Shown: positions 1 to 10,172 of the stretch, piece after piece
How positions within the stretch are numbered: the stretch's first letter is position 1
Layout: every line of letters begins with the position of its first letter
Origin: Sphingomonas sp.
Lineage (GTDB): Bacteria > Pseudomonadota > Alphaproteobacteria > Sphingomonadales > Sphingomonadaceae
DNA: 50,652 nt
NCBI GenBank assembly: GCA_031429555.1
Contig: JANOZQ010000306.1
Coordinates: forward strand, 1-50,652
Direction of reading: 5' to 3'
Program-made: the position numbers and the translations under genes
Notes under the pieces: generated by a model
Seen by the model: only the letters and a program-made list of their open reading frames with translations
The model's database searches: none
Told to the model about the DNA's origin: nothing

Positions 1-1203
1 GATCAACGCGGTGAACCCAGCCAGATCCGTAAACAGGACTGCGATTTCGGTTCGCTTCGCCGCAGCTGTGACAAGATCGGGGTCGCGTTCCAGCATCCGG
101 ACATAGTCGGGTGCAAGAAAGCTTCCGAACGCCTTGCGCACCGATTGTATCTGAGCGCGGCGATATTGCCCCTCCAGTGCAAAGCCCGCAAAAGTCGCCA
201 AGACCAGCCCGATGCCTATTGCCACGAGATTGATCATGATATGGGCCACCGCGAAAATGGCGACACCGAAGAGCGCCAGTCCTGAAAAACTGCAAAGAAA
301 GACGGTGCTCTGCATCAGTATCGGAAGCGTCGACCTGCCTAGTAAAAATCCAATGATACCTGCCAAAGCAGTAAGGAGAATCGACCAAGTTAGCGCGCTT
401 GGACGATCATTTTGACCGAGAAGCTGACGCAGTTGGAAGGCGTGCACGACCACACCGGGAAGTCTGTCCGGCGACCCTTCGGCGAACCGTAGCGGAGTTA
501 AATGACGATCATTCTCGCTGAAAATGCCGCCAATTAGGACGTGCTTTCCCTTCAGCGTTGCGACCAATGAAGGATTGGCCAGAAGATGATGAGCGGGAAT
601 AATTTGAAATGGGAGATCACCATTCTTGGTCAGCCCATAACGGATTTCGAAATCTGGTTTCGTTTTCAAACGACCTGTTGTTTTCATAATAGATGCAGCG
701 AGCACGGGTGATCCCCCACGATCCCGTCCTGAAAAATTTCGCACGACGGAATCATCGCCATCAGTTTTAAGCGCGGGGCTCGCCACGTGTCGCCCAGCTA
801 GCATCGCGCGTTCAAATGCGGGCCGCCTTGACGAACCGATCATCACCAACGGCGCGCGTATCGAACCTAGTGCCTTGCCAAAGGCTTGGTCGCTGGCCGG
901 TTGCGTCGGGCGATCAAATAATATGTCGACCCCGATGGACACAGGTGCTGCCGAACCTACGACTGTAATCAACTGAGCCAGAAAGCGTCTGTCAATCGGC
1001 GACAGTGTTTGATTGTCACGCAGAGATTCTTCGGTAATGGAAACGATGACGATGCAAGGGTCGACAACGTCTGATCTTGCCAAATGTGATGTCCGGACAT
1101 CGGCGAGCATGGCTTCCATCTGCGCGAATGGCGCAAGATTGCCGAGGACGAAACTAGATGCTACAATTATCGCTAATATAACAAGAATAACGACGGGTCG
1201 CAT
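1..1203 (-). CDS. CHASE2-domain class III adenylate/guanylate cyclase (runs off the left edge)
   Basis: Not in the ORF track; translated by hand from the ATG at 1203. N-terminal hydrophobic segment (MRPVVILVILAIIVASSF), CHASE2-like motifs (IVIVSITEESL, SPIDRRFLAQLI, IGVDILFD, VLIGG, PGVVVHA), TM helices, then KAFGSFLAP...EIAVLFTDLAGFT, the class III cyclase first-Asp motif, at the window edge. Confidence 0.88.
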   Translation of the reverse strand, partial: MRPVVILVILAIIVASSFVLGNLAPFAQMEAMLADVRTSHLARSDVVDPCIVIVSITEESLRDNQTLSPIDRRFLAQLITVVGSAAPVSIGVDILFDRPTQPASDQAFGKALGSIRAPLVMIGSSRRPAFERAMLAGRHVASPALKTDGDDSVVRNFSGRDRGGSPVLAASIMKTTGRLKTKPDFEIRYGLTKNGDLPFQIIPAHHLLANPSLVATLKGKHVLIGGIFSENDRHLTPLRFAEGSPDRLPGVVVHAFQLRQLLGQNDRPSALTWSILLTALAGIIGFLLGRSTLPILMQSTVFLCSFSGLALFGVAIFAVAHIMINLVAIGIGLVLATFAGFALEGQYRRAQIQSVRKAFGSFLAPDYVRMLERDPDLVTAAAKRTEIAVLFTDLAGFTALI

Positions 1204-1278
1204 GTGCTGGAGCAGACTATTTCGTCTGGCTCTTATCGCTGTCGATGAAAGATTATCATGCATTCAAAATTTTTGCGC

Positions 1279-1713
1279 ATGGCGTCCCTGAAATCTACCC
1301 TATTGGCCGCTGGCACGCTTCTCATGTCAACCCCGGCCCTCGCCGATGCTATCGTCCTCCGATCCGCAGCGCCCGGTATTCCGGCCGGAACAACCGTCCG
1401 TGAAGGCCAAATGCTGCGATTGTCTGCCGGACATAAAGTTGAACTTCTGCTCCCGAACGGACAAACCCGCCAATTAATTGGACCTTTGCGCGAGCGATAT
1501 GCTGCCACAACTCAACCTGCGCCTTCGATGATCGGAGCATTTGTCGCGATGTTCAAAGTGCGTGCTTCGAACGAACGACTCGGTGGAGTGCGCAACGGGG
1601 ACCTGCGATGCACATCAAACATACCCAAAGACTGGAATGCGATTGCAACCGAATGGAACGCCGGTTGCCGTCAGGAGGCGCTGGCAATACTGAATGCGCG
1701 GCTCGGCGATTGA
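1279..1713 (+). CDS. small exported hypothetical protein
   Basis: ORF 1258..1713; signal-peptide-like N-terminus from Met 1279 (MASLKSTLLAAGTLLMSTPALA); two C-terminal Cys; stop overlaps the next start. Confidence 0.7.
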   Translation: MASLKSTLLAAGTLLMSTPALADAIVLRSAAPGIPAGTTVREGQMLRLSAGHKVELLLPNGQTRQLIGPLRERYAATTQPAPSMIGAFVAMFKVRASNERLGGVRNGDLRCTSNIPKDWNAIATEWNAGCRQEALAILNARLGD

Positions 1714-4700
1714 CGCTTTTCAAAAGCATCATTGGGCTGACCATTGCCGCTGCCGCGCCGGCTATGGCGGCAACTGCCATCCCTGCCGCGCTCCAAGCCC
1801 AGCTCACGACCAGCGCCGCCGCCACGGCCGATCCTGACAGCGTCGAGCCCAGCCGCCAGGTCGATCTCGCCCGCGCCCATCTGTCGCTGTGCGTCGAGGC
1901 CTGGGGGCCAGCCAGCCAGCAAACCGCCGCGTGCGAGCTGGAACTGGGCCGCGCGCTGCTGGTCGAGATGTTCCCGGCTGAAGCCAAAAGCGTGCTGACC
2001 AGTGCCATCGTGCATCTTGGGTCGGCGCCCGATCCGCAAGCCTTGGCCCGCGCCCAATCGTTACTCGGGGAAGCGTTGATCTGGCGGGGACAGCATGAGG
2101 AGGCGTTGGGCCTCATGACCTCAGCGCTGGCGGTACAGACGGACCCCGCTCAGCGCTCGCTTACGCTGCGCCGGCAAGCAAATGTACTGGCTGCGCAAGG
2201 CAAATTGCCGGAACTGCAAGCCGCGATCACAGCCGCACGCGGATTGGCTGAAACGTCGGCGCTTACCGTGCATGATCAGGCTTTGCTGGATTTGGCGGGC
2301 GCCTTAAACGAGGTTACCCGACACCCAGCCCAAGCCGTCAGCCTTAATCGTGCGGCACTGGCGAAAATGGAGAAGCGCTTCGGTGCCACCGACAGCCGGC
2401 TCGGTTTTCCGTTGGCAAGGCTGGGCGATTCCCTTTTCGTTGCCGAAGGGCATATGGCGAGTGAGCCGTTTCGTGAACGAGCGCTGGCAATCGAGCGTGC
2501 CCGCCCACGCCCTAATCCTCATCGCGAGACCGCAGCTCTCGTTGATCTGTCGAGCGTTTGGGCGGCATCTGGGCGTTTGATCCCGGCGATGACGATCCTA
2601 AAGGAAGCCGTGGCGCGTTCCGAGACAGAAGATACAGAAGGTCTGCTGGCCACTCGGTTGCGAAGGCTGGGTGAGATGCAGGCGCAGGCGGGTCAGCTTG
2701 AAGCCGCAATCAGTTCTCTTGAACGCGCCGTACCGGCAAGTGAAGCGCTAGCAGGGGGTAATCCCGCAACCACCGGAATCATATTGCAAACGCTGGCGCT
2801 AACCTACGGCCGGGTGGGCCGTGCTACCGACGCTGAGGCGGCCGCGCGCCGGTCAGTCATGCTGCGAGAGCGGCTATATGGTCTCAATCACATTGTCACT
2901 CTGACCGCTCGTGCCGTGCTCGGCGGCCTGCTGTTGGACACAAGCCCCACGGAAGCGGCTCGCTTGCTTGAGCCTGCAGTGAATGCAATCGCCGTGCAGT
3001 TTGGCAATGAACACCCCCGCACCCAAACATATCGCGCCCTTCTGGCGGCCGCGCTAGCAAAATCAGGACGTCCAGACGCTGCGATCACCGAAATCGACAC
3101 ATCGATTGACGTGCTGCGGCAACCGCTGCTTGGCACGCAGATACTGAATAGTGTGGGCAGCCAACTCGGTCTTGCTTGGTCGAATGACGTGTTTGCCGCT
3201 CTGAAAGCGGCGGTGTATTGGTTGCCTCCTACCGACGGCGCACGAGCCGCACGCGCATTTGCACTATTGCAGCTGGACGAAGCCGCTACCGGTTTATCCA
3301 CAATTGCCTGGCAGGCCGCCGCGCGACGCAGCATCAGCAACCCGAAGATCAAGGCGCTGGTCGAGGCGCAACGCATCGAACAGATCGCGTTGACCAGCTT
3401 GCGCCGCAATGTGGTCAACAAGGCCGATACCTTGACGGTCGTACCGCAGATCACTGCGTTGAAAGAGCGTATGGCGGCTCTAGACGCTCAGATTGCCGCC
3501 GCCGATCCCGCCTTCGCTTCGCTTTCCAGGCGCCAGGAAGTGCCACTGGCCGACATGAATTCGGGACGCCAACCACTGTTGCGTCGACATGAAGCGATGA
3601 TTGCCTTCATGCAGAACTACGACGCAATTCGCGTTTTGGTGATAACGCGCGACGGCACGTTCATGAACACCCTGCCTGACACAAGGCGCGAGGTTCTGGC
3701 GGCACAGGTTGCAGCCCTGCGCCGCGGCCTGGTCATCGATGCAGCACTCACCGCCGCTGATCTGCCGGAATTCGATGTGGCGGCCTCCCATGCGCTTTAC
3801 GCCAGAGTGATCGCGCCGCTGCTGCCACATCTGAAAGGCATCACCACGCTGCAGATTGTCGCCGATGGCCCGCTCGCTCGGTTGCCGCTAGGGCTGCTGG
3901 TGTCGAGGCCGGCCAAGGATGCCGATCTGCTGGCGCGCTATCGCAACAGCCGGTGGCTGGCCGATCGTTTCGCGGTCGTCGTGCCTCCCGGTATCGCGGC
4001 GCTGGCGGCGGCGCGCAGCATCGACGCGCCCAGCCGCGCCGATCGGATGTTGCTGGCGGTGGCCGATCCGGCGCTGACCGGCATCATTCCCGGTACTACC
4101 CCCCGCGCCACCCAAGTGGCGGGCTTGGCCGGCTTTGTGAAACTACGTGGGGACGAGCGCGGCACGGCCCGAACTGCTGCTGCCATCTGCGCCATGCAAC
4201 CGCTGCCCGACACGCGGCGGGAGGCCGAACGTGTAGCCAGAGCGCTTGGCAAGCAAGGCATAACAACGCTGCTGACAGGCGCGCAGGCGTCTGAACGCGA
4301 GGTGCGATTGCGCAGTGACAATGGCGATCTCGCTCGCTATCGCGCCGTGCTGTTTGCCACCCACGGTCTAACCGATAACGAAGCCAGCGGCGAAGAGCCG
4401 GCGCTGGTGCTGGCACCGGCCAGTTGCAGCAGCAACGATGCGGCGGAGGATGGCTTGCTCTCCGCCAGCGAGATCGCCACGCTGAAACTTGATGCCGATT
4501 TGGTCATCCTGTCCGGCTGCAACACGGCCGCACCGGGCGATGCGCTGGTGGGGCAGCCGTTTAGCGGCCTAGCGCAAGCCTTCCGCCAAGCCGGCGCCCG
4601 CCGCCTTCTGGTCTCGCACTGGAGCGTGGATTCCGCCGCCACCGCCGATTTCATGGGCAGCCTGTTCGCCAATCGCCGCCCGGTCACCGCCGCGAGCCTG

Positions 4701-4802
4701 CAAACCACCATGCAGGCCATGCGCCACAGCCCCGGCCGCTTTGCCTATCGCAGCCACCCTGCCTTCTGGGCACCGTTCGTCCTCGTCGGCGACAGCCGCT
4801 GA
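1710..4802 (+). CDS. exported TPR-repeat CHAT-domain (caspase-like) protease
   Basis: TPR-like helical repeats followed by a CHAT domain: LQIVADGPLARLP, LFATHG (catalytic His), VILSGCNT (catalytic Cys), SHWSVD, HPAFWAPFVLVG. Likely TTG start at 1710 gives a signal peptide; the track ORF starts at 1608. Confidence 0.9.
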   Translation: MTLFKSIIGLTIAAAAPAMAATAIPAALQAQLTTSAAATADPDSVEPSRQVDLARAHLSLCVEAWGPASQQTAACELELGRALLVEMFPAEAKSVLTSAIVHLGSAPDPQALARAQSLLGEALIWRGQHEEALGLMTSALAVQTDPAQRSLTLRRQANVLAAQGKLPELQAAITAARGLAETSALTVHDQALLDLAGALNEVTRHPAQAVSLNRAALAKMEKRFGATDSRLGFPLARLGDSLFVAEGHMASEPFRERALAIERARPRPNPHRETAALVDLSSVWAASGRLIPAMTILKEAVARSETEDTEGLLATRLRRLGEMQAQAGQLEAAISSLERAVPASEALAGGNPATTGIILQTLALTYGRVGRATDAEAAARRSVMLRERLYGLNHIVTLTARAVLGGLLLDTSPTEAARLLEPAVNAIAVQFGNEHPRTQTYRALLAAALAKSGRPDAAITEIDTSIDVLRQPLLGTQILNSVGSQLGLAWSNDVFAALKAAVYWLPPTDGARAARAFALLQLDEAATGLSTIAWQAAARRSISNPKIKALVEAQRIEQIALTSLRRNVVNKADTLTVVPQITALKERMAALDAQIAAADPAFASLSRRQEVPLADMNSGRQPLLRRHEAMIAFMQNYDAIRVLVITRDGTFMNTLPDTRREVLAAQVAALRRGLVIDAALTAADLPEFDVAASHALYARVIAPLLPHLKGITTLQIVADGPLARLPLGLLVSRPAKDADLLARYRNSRWLADRFAVVVPPGIAALAAARSIDAPSRADRMLLAVADPALTGIIPGTTPRATQVAGLAGFVKLRGDERGTARTAAAICAMQPLPDTRREAERVARALGKQGITTLLTGAQASEREVRLRSDNGDLARYRAVLFATHGLTDNEASGEEPALVLAPASCSSNDAAEDGLLSASEIATLKLDADLVILSGCNTAAPGDALVGQPFSGLAQAFRQAGARRLLVSHWSVDSAATADFMGSLFANRRPVTAASLQTTMQAMRHSPGRFAYRSHPAFWAPFVLVGDSR

Positions 4803-5418
4803 AGCAAAATCGCAGATTCGGATCACAGAGATCTTGAAATCGCGCAGGTTGATTGTGGCCTGCATGGCCATGGCCACATTTTACGCCGCGAGTGCTTCGC
4901 CGACCACACAGATAAGCATCCTAGGATGCTTATCTGATTGAGGTCGTGAAGCCCAGAGAATCGACAGAATGCTGCATGCGTAACCATCTGATAAGCGAAT
5001 AAACTGACATCTGGACATGCCGATGAGCGGCCGTCTTCAAGCTTGAGCCAAAATGGTGGAACGTCCGGATTGTTGGCCGGCTCTGTCAGTTGCTATCACA
5101 AGCTGCACATAGGGGAAATTCTGAATTTGCGTCGCCGCAGACGACTGGAGCCCCGCAATGTGCGCAGGCCGTAGCAGGAGAGTGGTCAGTTTGATCTCGA
5201 CCAGCCCTCCGCTCAGTGTGCCACTTTTGCTTTTCGGCTTCCGTAAATGGCATTTTCTTCTCCTTCAGCCCTTAGGCTAGAAGTGAATTGCTAACGAGTG
5301 GTTTCCAGACGATTCCTTCGGCGAATCAGGAACTTAACATTTGGCAGCATTTGAGATGAATCTAGAACGGGCTAATGTCCGCTTTGCCGGCGGAAGTGGT
5401 CGGCGCAACGGACCACGA

Positions 5419-6783
5419 TCACGGCCCAGAGGGAATCAGGGTAAGTTTTGTCTGCCGTCCATCGATGTAGCGCACCTTCTCGCCGTCAAAGAACGCGTTC
5501 TCCTCAGTCCGGAAATCGACCCGCTGGCCGGCCCATTCGGGCACGGCAGCGTAGGATGTCAGTTCGATTGACCACGCGGTATTGGCGTTAATCGGCCCGT
5601 TGCCACGTGGATCCGGATTCTGGTTGTCCCAGAAGCCGATGGAAGGCCCGGCACCATGACCATGCAGGCCGATCGGATGCGAATAGATCGAGGGATCGAG
5701 GCCGGATGCCTGGGCCTCCGCCCGCGCCAGGGCCAACACCGCGTTGCCGCTGCGCCCGACAGCGAACTGCCGGGTGAGGATATCCTGCACCCGGTTACTG
5801 TTCGCTAGCCCCTGCCTTAGGCCTGCAGGCGCCTCGGTCTCACCCGGCTTTAAGACATAGGCGAGGTGCTGTGTATCGGTGTTGAGCCGCAGATAGGTAA
5901 TCCCGAAATCGGTCCACAGCAGATCGCCGGGTAGGATCACTTCGGCTCCTTCGAGCATACCTTTCGTGCCTTTACGCTGGATCGCCACCGAGGGGTGGAA
6001 CCACGGATCGAGACCGAGCTGCAGCAGCCGGTCGCGATACCACCATTGCACCTGTTCAGCTGTTGTCACGCCGGGCGTGATGACTGCCCGTGAGAACGCT
6101 TCGCCGATGACGGCGTGGGCAATGCGCACGATCGCAGGGTATAGGTTCATCTCGGCGGGGGTGCGGGTCTCGAGCCAACGGATCGAAAGCCCTTCTCCGC
6201 TGACAATCCGCTGGCGAAGGGCCGCAGGCAGCGCAGACGTGAATTTGTCGTACTGGCTGACTGTCATGCCGTCAGCAAACTGGGAGAGATCGGACGTGTT
6301 GACCGCAATTTTAGCAGGATTGCGCTTGGCGATGATATCGACAGCTGCCTGCCATTGGTCGGGCTGCTTGGTCGGATCCCATGCGGACGCGAACAGACCG
6401 CCAAGCCCATAACGGCTAACCGTGAGCCGCTCGACCGGTTTGCCACCGCCCGGATCATGGAAAATCAGGATCGTCCGGCGCCGCGCGTGCATGTTTTCGG
6501 CATCGAGCATCGAAGCGACCACCGGCTCTTCAAAATACTCGCGCGCCACCAGCAGCCATAGGTCGATCCCCTGTTCGCGCATGATCGCGGGAATGATCGC
6601 ATCGAGCCGCTCGGCCAGAATGCGGTTTTCGGTCCGCGCCCTTTCGCGCGCAGACAAGATATGCGGCACCGCCGGGGCAAGTTCTTCAGTCTCGCTCATA
6701 ACAACGGGCGCAGGTGCGGCTGCAGCCAGCAACGCGATGAGTGGGACGGCGAGTATTGCTCCGGATATCCTGCGCTTTGCCAT
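5419..6783 (-). CDS. M24 family metallopeptidase (Xaa-Pro aminopeptidase-like), exported
   Basis: Signal peptide; metal-ligand motifs GDLLWTDFG, NTDTQH, YSHPIGLHGHG, WSIE, TEE. Confidence 0.85.
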   Translation of the reverse strand: MAKRRISGAILAVPLIALLAAAAPAPVVMSETEELAPAVPHILSARERARTENRILAERLDAIIPAIMREQGIDLWLLVAREYFEEPVVASMLDAENMHARRRTILIFHDPGGGKPVERLTVSRYGLGGLFASAWDPTKQPDQWQAAVDIIAKRNPAKIAVNTSDLSQFADGMTVSQYDKFTSALPAALRQRIVSGEGLSIRWLETRTPAEMNLYPAIVRIAHAVIGEAFSRAVITPGVTTAEQVQWWYRDRLLQLGLDPWFHPSVAIQRKGTKGMLEGAEVILPGDLLWTDFGITYLRLNTDTQHLAYVLKPGETEAPAGLRQGLANSNRVQDILTRQFAVGRSGNAVLALARAEAQASGLDPSIYSHPIGLHGHGAGPSIGFWDNQNPDPRGNGPINANTAWSIELTSYAAVPEWAGQRVDFRTEENAFFDGEKVRYIDGRQTKLTLIPSGP

Positions 6784-6836
6784 TGAAGCCTCACCTTTTG
6801 ACGACGTGCGCCCGTACTGGCCGCGTCGTCGTAACT

Positions 6837-7538
6837 CTACAGCAAACTTATGCTTTCGCCATCGACGCGCCAGTGCTCATCGTTGCTGGTCGTGATGACG
6901 CTCAGCGCCATGCCGTGGCGCAGGCTTAGGTAGACGTGCGCCTCGCTCGGCACGTCGTCGAGCAAGTGGGTGACCGTCACATCTCCGATGTCGCCTTCGT
7001 TCCTGGCGGGGAGAATGAGCTCTGATCGCGCGAGGGGTTCGGATGCGCGGAGCGTGCGCCCGTCGGGGGACAGCCGGAAACGGCTGTGAGGACCGATCGC
7101 GACGGCATCGGGCGTGTCGGCGCGGCGCAGCAAGTAGCCTTCGATCTCGTTACCGATCGATCCGGCGGTCGGGGGGATGGCGATGACGGTCGAGGGGGGT
7201 CTGCTCCCCATCGCCGCGATTGATCGGGCCGCCGTGGCGAGCGCACGGATGCGTGAAGACGGCGCGCCGCGGCCTGCTTCGACGATCGGCGATCCGTCGG
7301 CCGCGAAGGTCACGACCGCAAGCTCGCTATCGGGGAAGTCGCTGACAAACACAGCCTCGTAACCACGGCTCGTCACGTCGACGGCCCAGCCGTCGCAATC
7401 CGCGATTATTGTATTGCCGTCGAGATGTTCGCGCGCGATCGTTGCGGCCAAGTCTAGATGAAACATGAGGCTGCCGCGCGTAACCGCCCAGGCAGCCGCA
7501 TGACGCAGCGCTTCGAGAGGGTCGGCGTCGTCGGTCAT
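6837..7538 (-). CDS. hypothetical protein
   Basis: 242-aa ORF with plausible composition (C-terminal THLLDDVPSEAHVYLSL); likely start MTDDAD; no family recognised. Confidence 0.6.
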   Translation of the reverse strand: MTDDADPLEALRHAAAWAVTRGSLMFHLDLAATIAREHLDGNTIIADCDGWAVDVTSRGYEAVFVSDFPDSELAVVTFAADGSPIVEAGRGAPSSRIRALATAARSIAAMGSRPPSTVIAIPPTAGSIGNEIEGYLLRRADTPDAVAIGPHSRFRLSPDGRTLRASEPLARSELILPARNEGDIGDVTVTHLLDDVPSEAHVYLSLRHGMALSVITTSNDEHWRVDGESISLL

Positions 7539-7594
7539 CTGGCACTCCGTTTTCAATTCGCGCACATTATGGCGCGCACAGTCGGTCGAGTCGA

Positions 7595-7912
7595 TTGGCG
7601 TAACATGATGAGGATGTCGCGATCGCAGCTGATACGAATACCCGCGCTCAAGCCCTGCGCGCGCTTCTGACCGAAGGCGAGCTTGAAATACTGGCGCAAG
7701 CCGAGCGTCTGTCGAATCAGGAGCTCGCGGTTTTCGTCATGCTTGGGCAGGGGCTGAAGCCGAAGGCGATTGGCCATGAGCTGGCGATCGCGGCGACGAC
7801 CGTCGACACGCATATTGTCCGTATCCGCGCTAAATTAAGCCCGGGGCGTCCTTTGCCGCTAGCCGATCTGCTGTTTCTCACGCGGATGTGGGTTCGCGCC
7901 GGACGCCTCTGA
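7595..7912 (+). pseudogene. LuxR-family HTH regulator with disrupted start
   Basis: Not in the ORF track. Frame 7604-7912 reads ...LSNQELAVFVMLGQGLKPKAIGHELAIAATTVDTHIVRIRAKL..., a typical LuxR HTH, and is preceded in frame by TTG GCG TAA (7595-7603). Confidence 0.7.
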
Positions 7913-7974
7913 AGATGATCGTGTAGCGAAAATCCCGACAAGACCGGAGTCCGGTGATCGGGCAATCTTTCGCA

Positions 7975-8433
7975 ATGACCATCGGTGTCGGCCCTTCAAC
8001 GTTTAACGCCAGGACTGTTGGCGTTTCGACGTCCTCTTCTGGAACGGGGAATGACGCAGCATTCTCCAATGTTGCGCGCGCCGCTGGTTTAATCGACGGA
8101 CCACTCGCGGCGACCGTTCAGAAGCTTGGTGAGCAATTTGCAACCGCGGCAGGCGGCGCCAATCATACGATCGGCGCGGCGCATCTCGAGACGGCGATGC
8201 TCGATTTCGCACGCGAAGCGAAGGCATTACGGATCGGTAACCCGTATGCTGCCGAATCTCTCATTGATGAAGCTCTCGCGGCGGGTGTGGCAAAGTTCGC
8301 TTCGATGCCCGACGTTGGGCTGAACGCGCTCGATCATGCCACAACCGTTTTCGCCGAGGCAGCACGTAGCCTCTCCGAAATGCCCGCCGCCCCGCTTTAC
8401 GATACCGCCGCTGCTCCGAACACGAGGACCTGA
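7975..8433 (+). CDS. hypothetical helical protein, first gene of the toxin operon
   Basis: ORF ends 5 nt before the toxin start; no family recognised. Confidence 0.6.
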   Translation: MTIGVGPSTFNARTVGVSTSSSGTGNDAAFSNVARAAGLIDGPLAATVQKLGEQFATAAGGANHTIGAAHLETAMLDFAREAKALRIGNPYAAESLIDEALAAGVAKFASMPDVGLNALDHATTVFAEAARSLSEMPAAPLYDTAAAPNTRT

Positions 8434-8438
8434 TCCCC

Positions 8439-10169
8439 ATGCCTGAGATTTTCGGATTTAAGGTTGAAGCTCCCCGACTTCCGTCTTGGAACGAGGTCCG
8501 CTCGACAGTCACGCACACGGCGCAGACGGCGACGCAACTTGGTCGTTCCGCGCTCAGCCATGCGCGCAATCTCGGGAGCCAAGGCGTCGATCTCGGACGG
8601 AGAGCCATCGCAGACCCCGAGGGCACCGTGCGTCGGCTTGCCGCATCGGCGCGGACCGGCATCCACCATGCGGAGACTGCGGCACAGAATGGCATCCGTG
8701 ACGGGGTAATGTGGACAGGGCGGCAAATCCACGCCGGTGCGAATGTCGCTCGCGGCGCGGTTCATGGCAACAGCGCGGTTGCCCAGGTCACACGGGGTTT
8801 GATAACGCATACTGAAAATCAGGCGCGCTTCACAGTGGGTGTTGCGGGAGGGCTTGCCAAGGAAGCGGTCGGGCTGGTCGGCACGGCCGGGACGCTTGGA
8901 ACTTATGCGACCGAACTGCAATATTCCCGGTCGGCGCGCGCGGAACTTGGCAATGCCATCTCGTCGGGCGTGAGCCGGGGCAGCGTAGCGGTCGCCGACT
9001 ATGCCCGTTCGGTCGCGGCTAATCCGTCGCGCGTTGCCGGCGATGTTCGCGGTGCCGCAACCGCGACGTGGAACGCAGGCAGTGGCTTCGTTGAAGGACA
9101 GGTGCGGCGTCATGAAGAAGCCTTCCGTCGCGGCGAGGGGTTTGAAACGATCGGTATGACGACGGGCCAGGTTGCGTCCTATTTCATCCCCGTCGGTGCT
9201 GGAGCCAAAGCTGCTTCTACCGGTGTGCGCGGGGCCGAAGCTATTGCGGTCGGCGGAACGCGGACGCTGGCACGCGAGGGTGGCGAGGCAGCATTGCGTG
9301 CTGCCGGTGCCGAAACGCGCGTGGTTACACTGGCCGCATCACCTGCGACGCGACAGGCAGCCGAAGTGTCGGGCGCCAGGCTCCTACAAGGGGCCGAGGC
9401 TGGCGGTGGAACAGTGCGTGTCGCCCGATCAGGCGGCGTTACCGCGCAGAACCTTGCCGCAGCCAGCCGTCAATCTGGCCGTGAGGTCGCGCTTTACCGC
9501 AACACAGCAACCAACGAACGCTTCGTCGCGGTCGGCACGCGCACGGGCGTTGAGGTGCCTCAAGGTTCGCGCCTGATCGCACATACGCAGCCCGGCACTG
9601 GTGCCGCTGCCGTCCGCGCAAGCGTCGCCGACGAGGCCGCGCTGGCACGGCTCGGTCAGCGCTCGTCGGTCATCATCGATGAGGGCGGGACGGCGGCAAC
9701 ACGTTTCCGGGCGACGGAAGAGGGCGCGGCATTGGCGCGGACAAAAACGGGGCCGGTGCAGCTGCATGCACCTGCGGCTCAGCCTAGTCTTCTTCCTAGC
9801 GAGGGAGCCGTTGGTTCGTATCGCGATCTGGTATCGGCAGGTTCTAAAGGCGACAACGTAACGCCCCACCATATTCCATCTGCCAATCGGATGGTCCAGG
9901 AAGGGGTGTCGAAAGGCGACGGGATTGCGATCAATATGGAGCAGCCATTTCCGGGAGTCGGGGGCCGCCATCGGGCAACGTTTACTTATGGCAGTCAAGC
10001 AGACTTAGGATTGTCGGTTCGTGATGCCTTGGCTGCGGGCGTTCGCGACGCGCGAAAAATCTACCAAGCGGACGGTCTTTACACGCCAGAAATTCGAGCT
10101 AGTCTCAAAGCCTTAATTGATATGAATTTGGCACAGCATTCCGCAGTTTTCGCGAAGCCGATCAGGTGA
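8439..10169 (+). CDS. polymorphic toxin: Ala/Gly-rich N-terminus, JAB-like middle domain, C-terminal His-rich HNH-like nuclease
   Basis: C-terminal GSYRDL...GDNVTPHHIPS...GRHRATFTYG resembles HNH-fold toxin tips; middle REVALYR...LIAHTQP...SVAD; directly followed by an Imm30-like gene. Confidence 0.75.
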   Translation: MPEIFGFKVEAPRLPSWNEVRSTVTHTAQTATQLGRSALSHARNLGSQGVDLGRRAIADPEGTVRRLAASARTGIHHAETAAQNGIRDGVMWTGRQIHAGANVARGAVHGNSAVAQVTRGLITHTENQARFTVGVAGGLAKEAVGLVGTAGTLGTYATELQYSRSARAELGNAISSGVSRGSVAVADYARSVAANPSRVAGDVRGAATATWNAGSGFVEGQVRRHEEAFRRGEGFETIGMTTGQVASYFIPVGAGAKAASTGVRGAEAIAVGGTRTLAREGGEAALRAAGAETRVVTLAASPATRQAAEVSGARLLQGAEAGGGTVRVARSGGVTAQNLAAASRQSGREVALYRNTATNERFVAVGTRTGVEVPQGSRLIAHTQPGTGAAAVRASVADEAALARLGQRSSVIIDEGGTAATRFRATEEGAALARTKTGPVQLHAPAAQPSLLPSEGAVGSYRDLVSAGSKGDNVTPHHIPSANRMVQEGVSKGDGIAINMEQPFPGVGGRHRATFTYGSQADLGLSVRDALAAGVRDARKIYQADGLYTPEIRASLKALIDMNLAQHSAVFAKPIR

Positions 10170-10172
10170 AAA

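Noticed and set aside
1-1203. Left-edge cyclase as a second Pycsar
   Set aside because: CHASE2 plus TM architecture indicates a signalling cyclase; no Pycsar effector is adjacent within the window.
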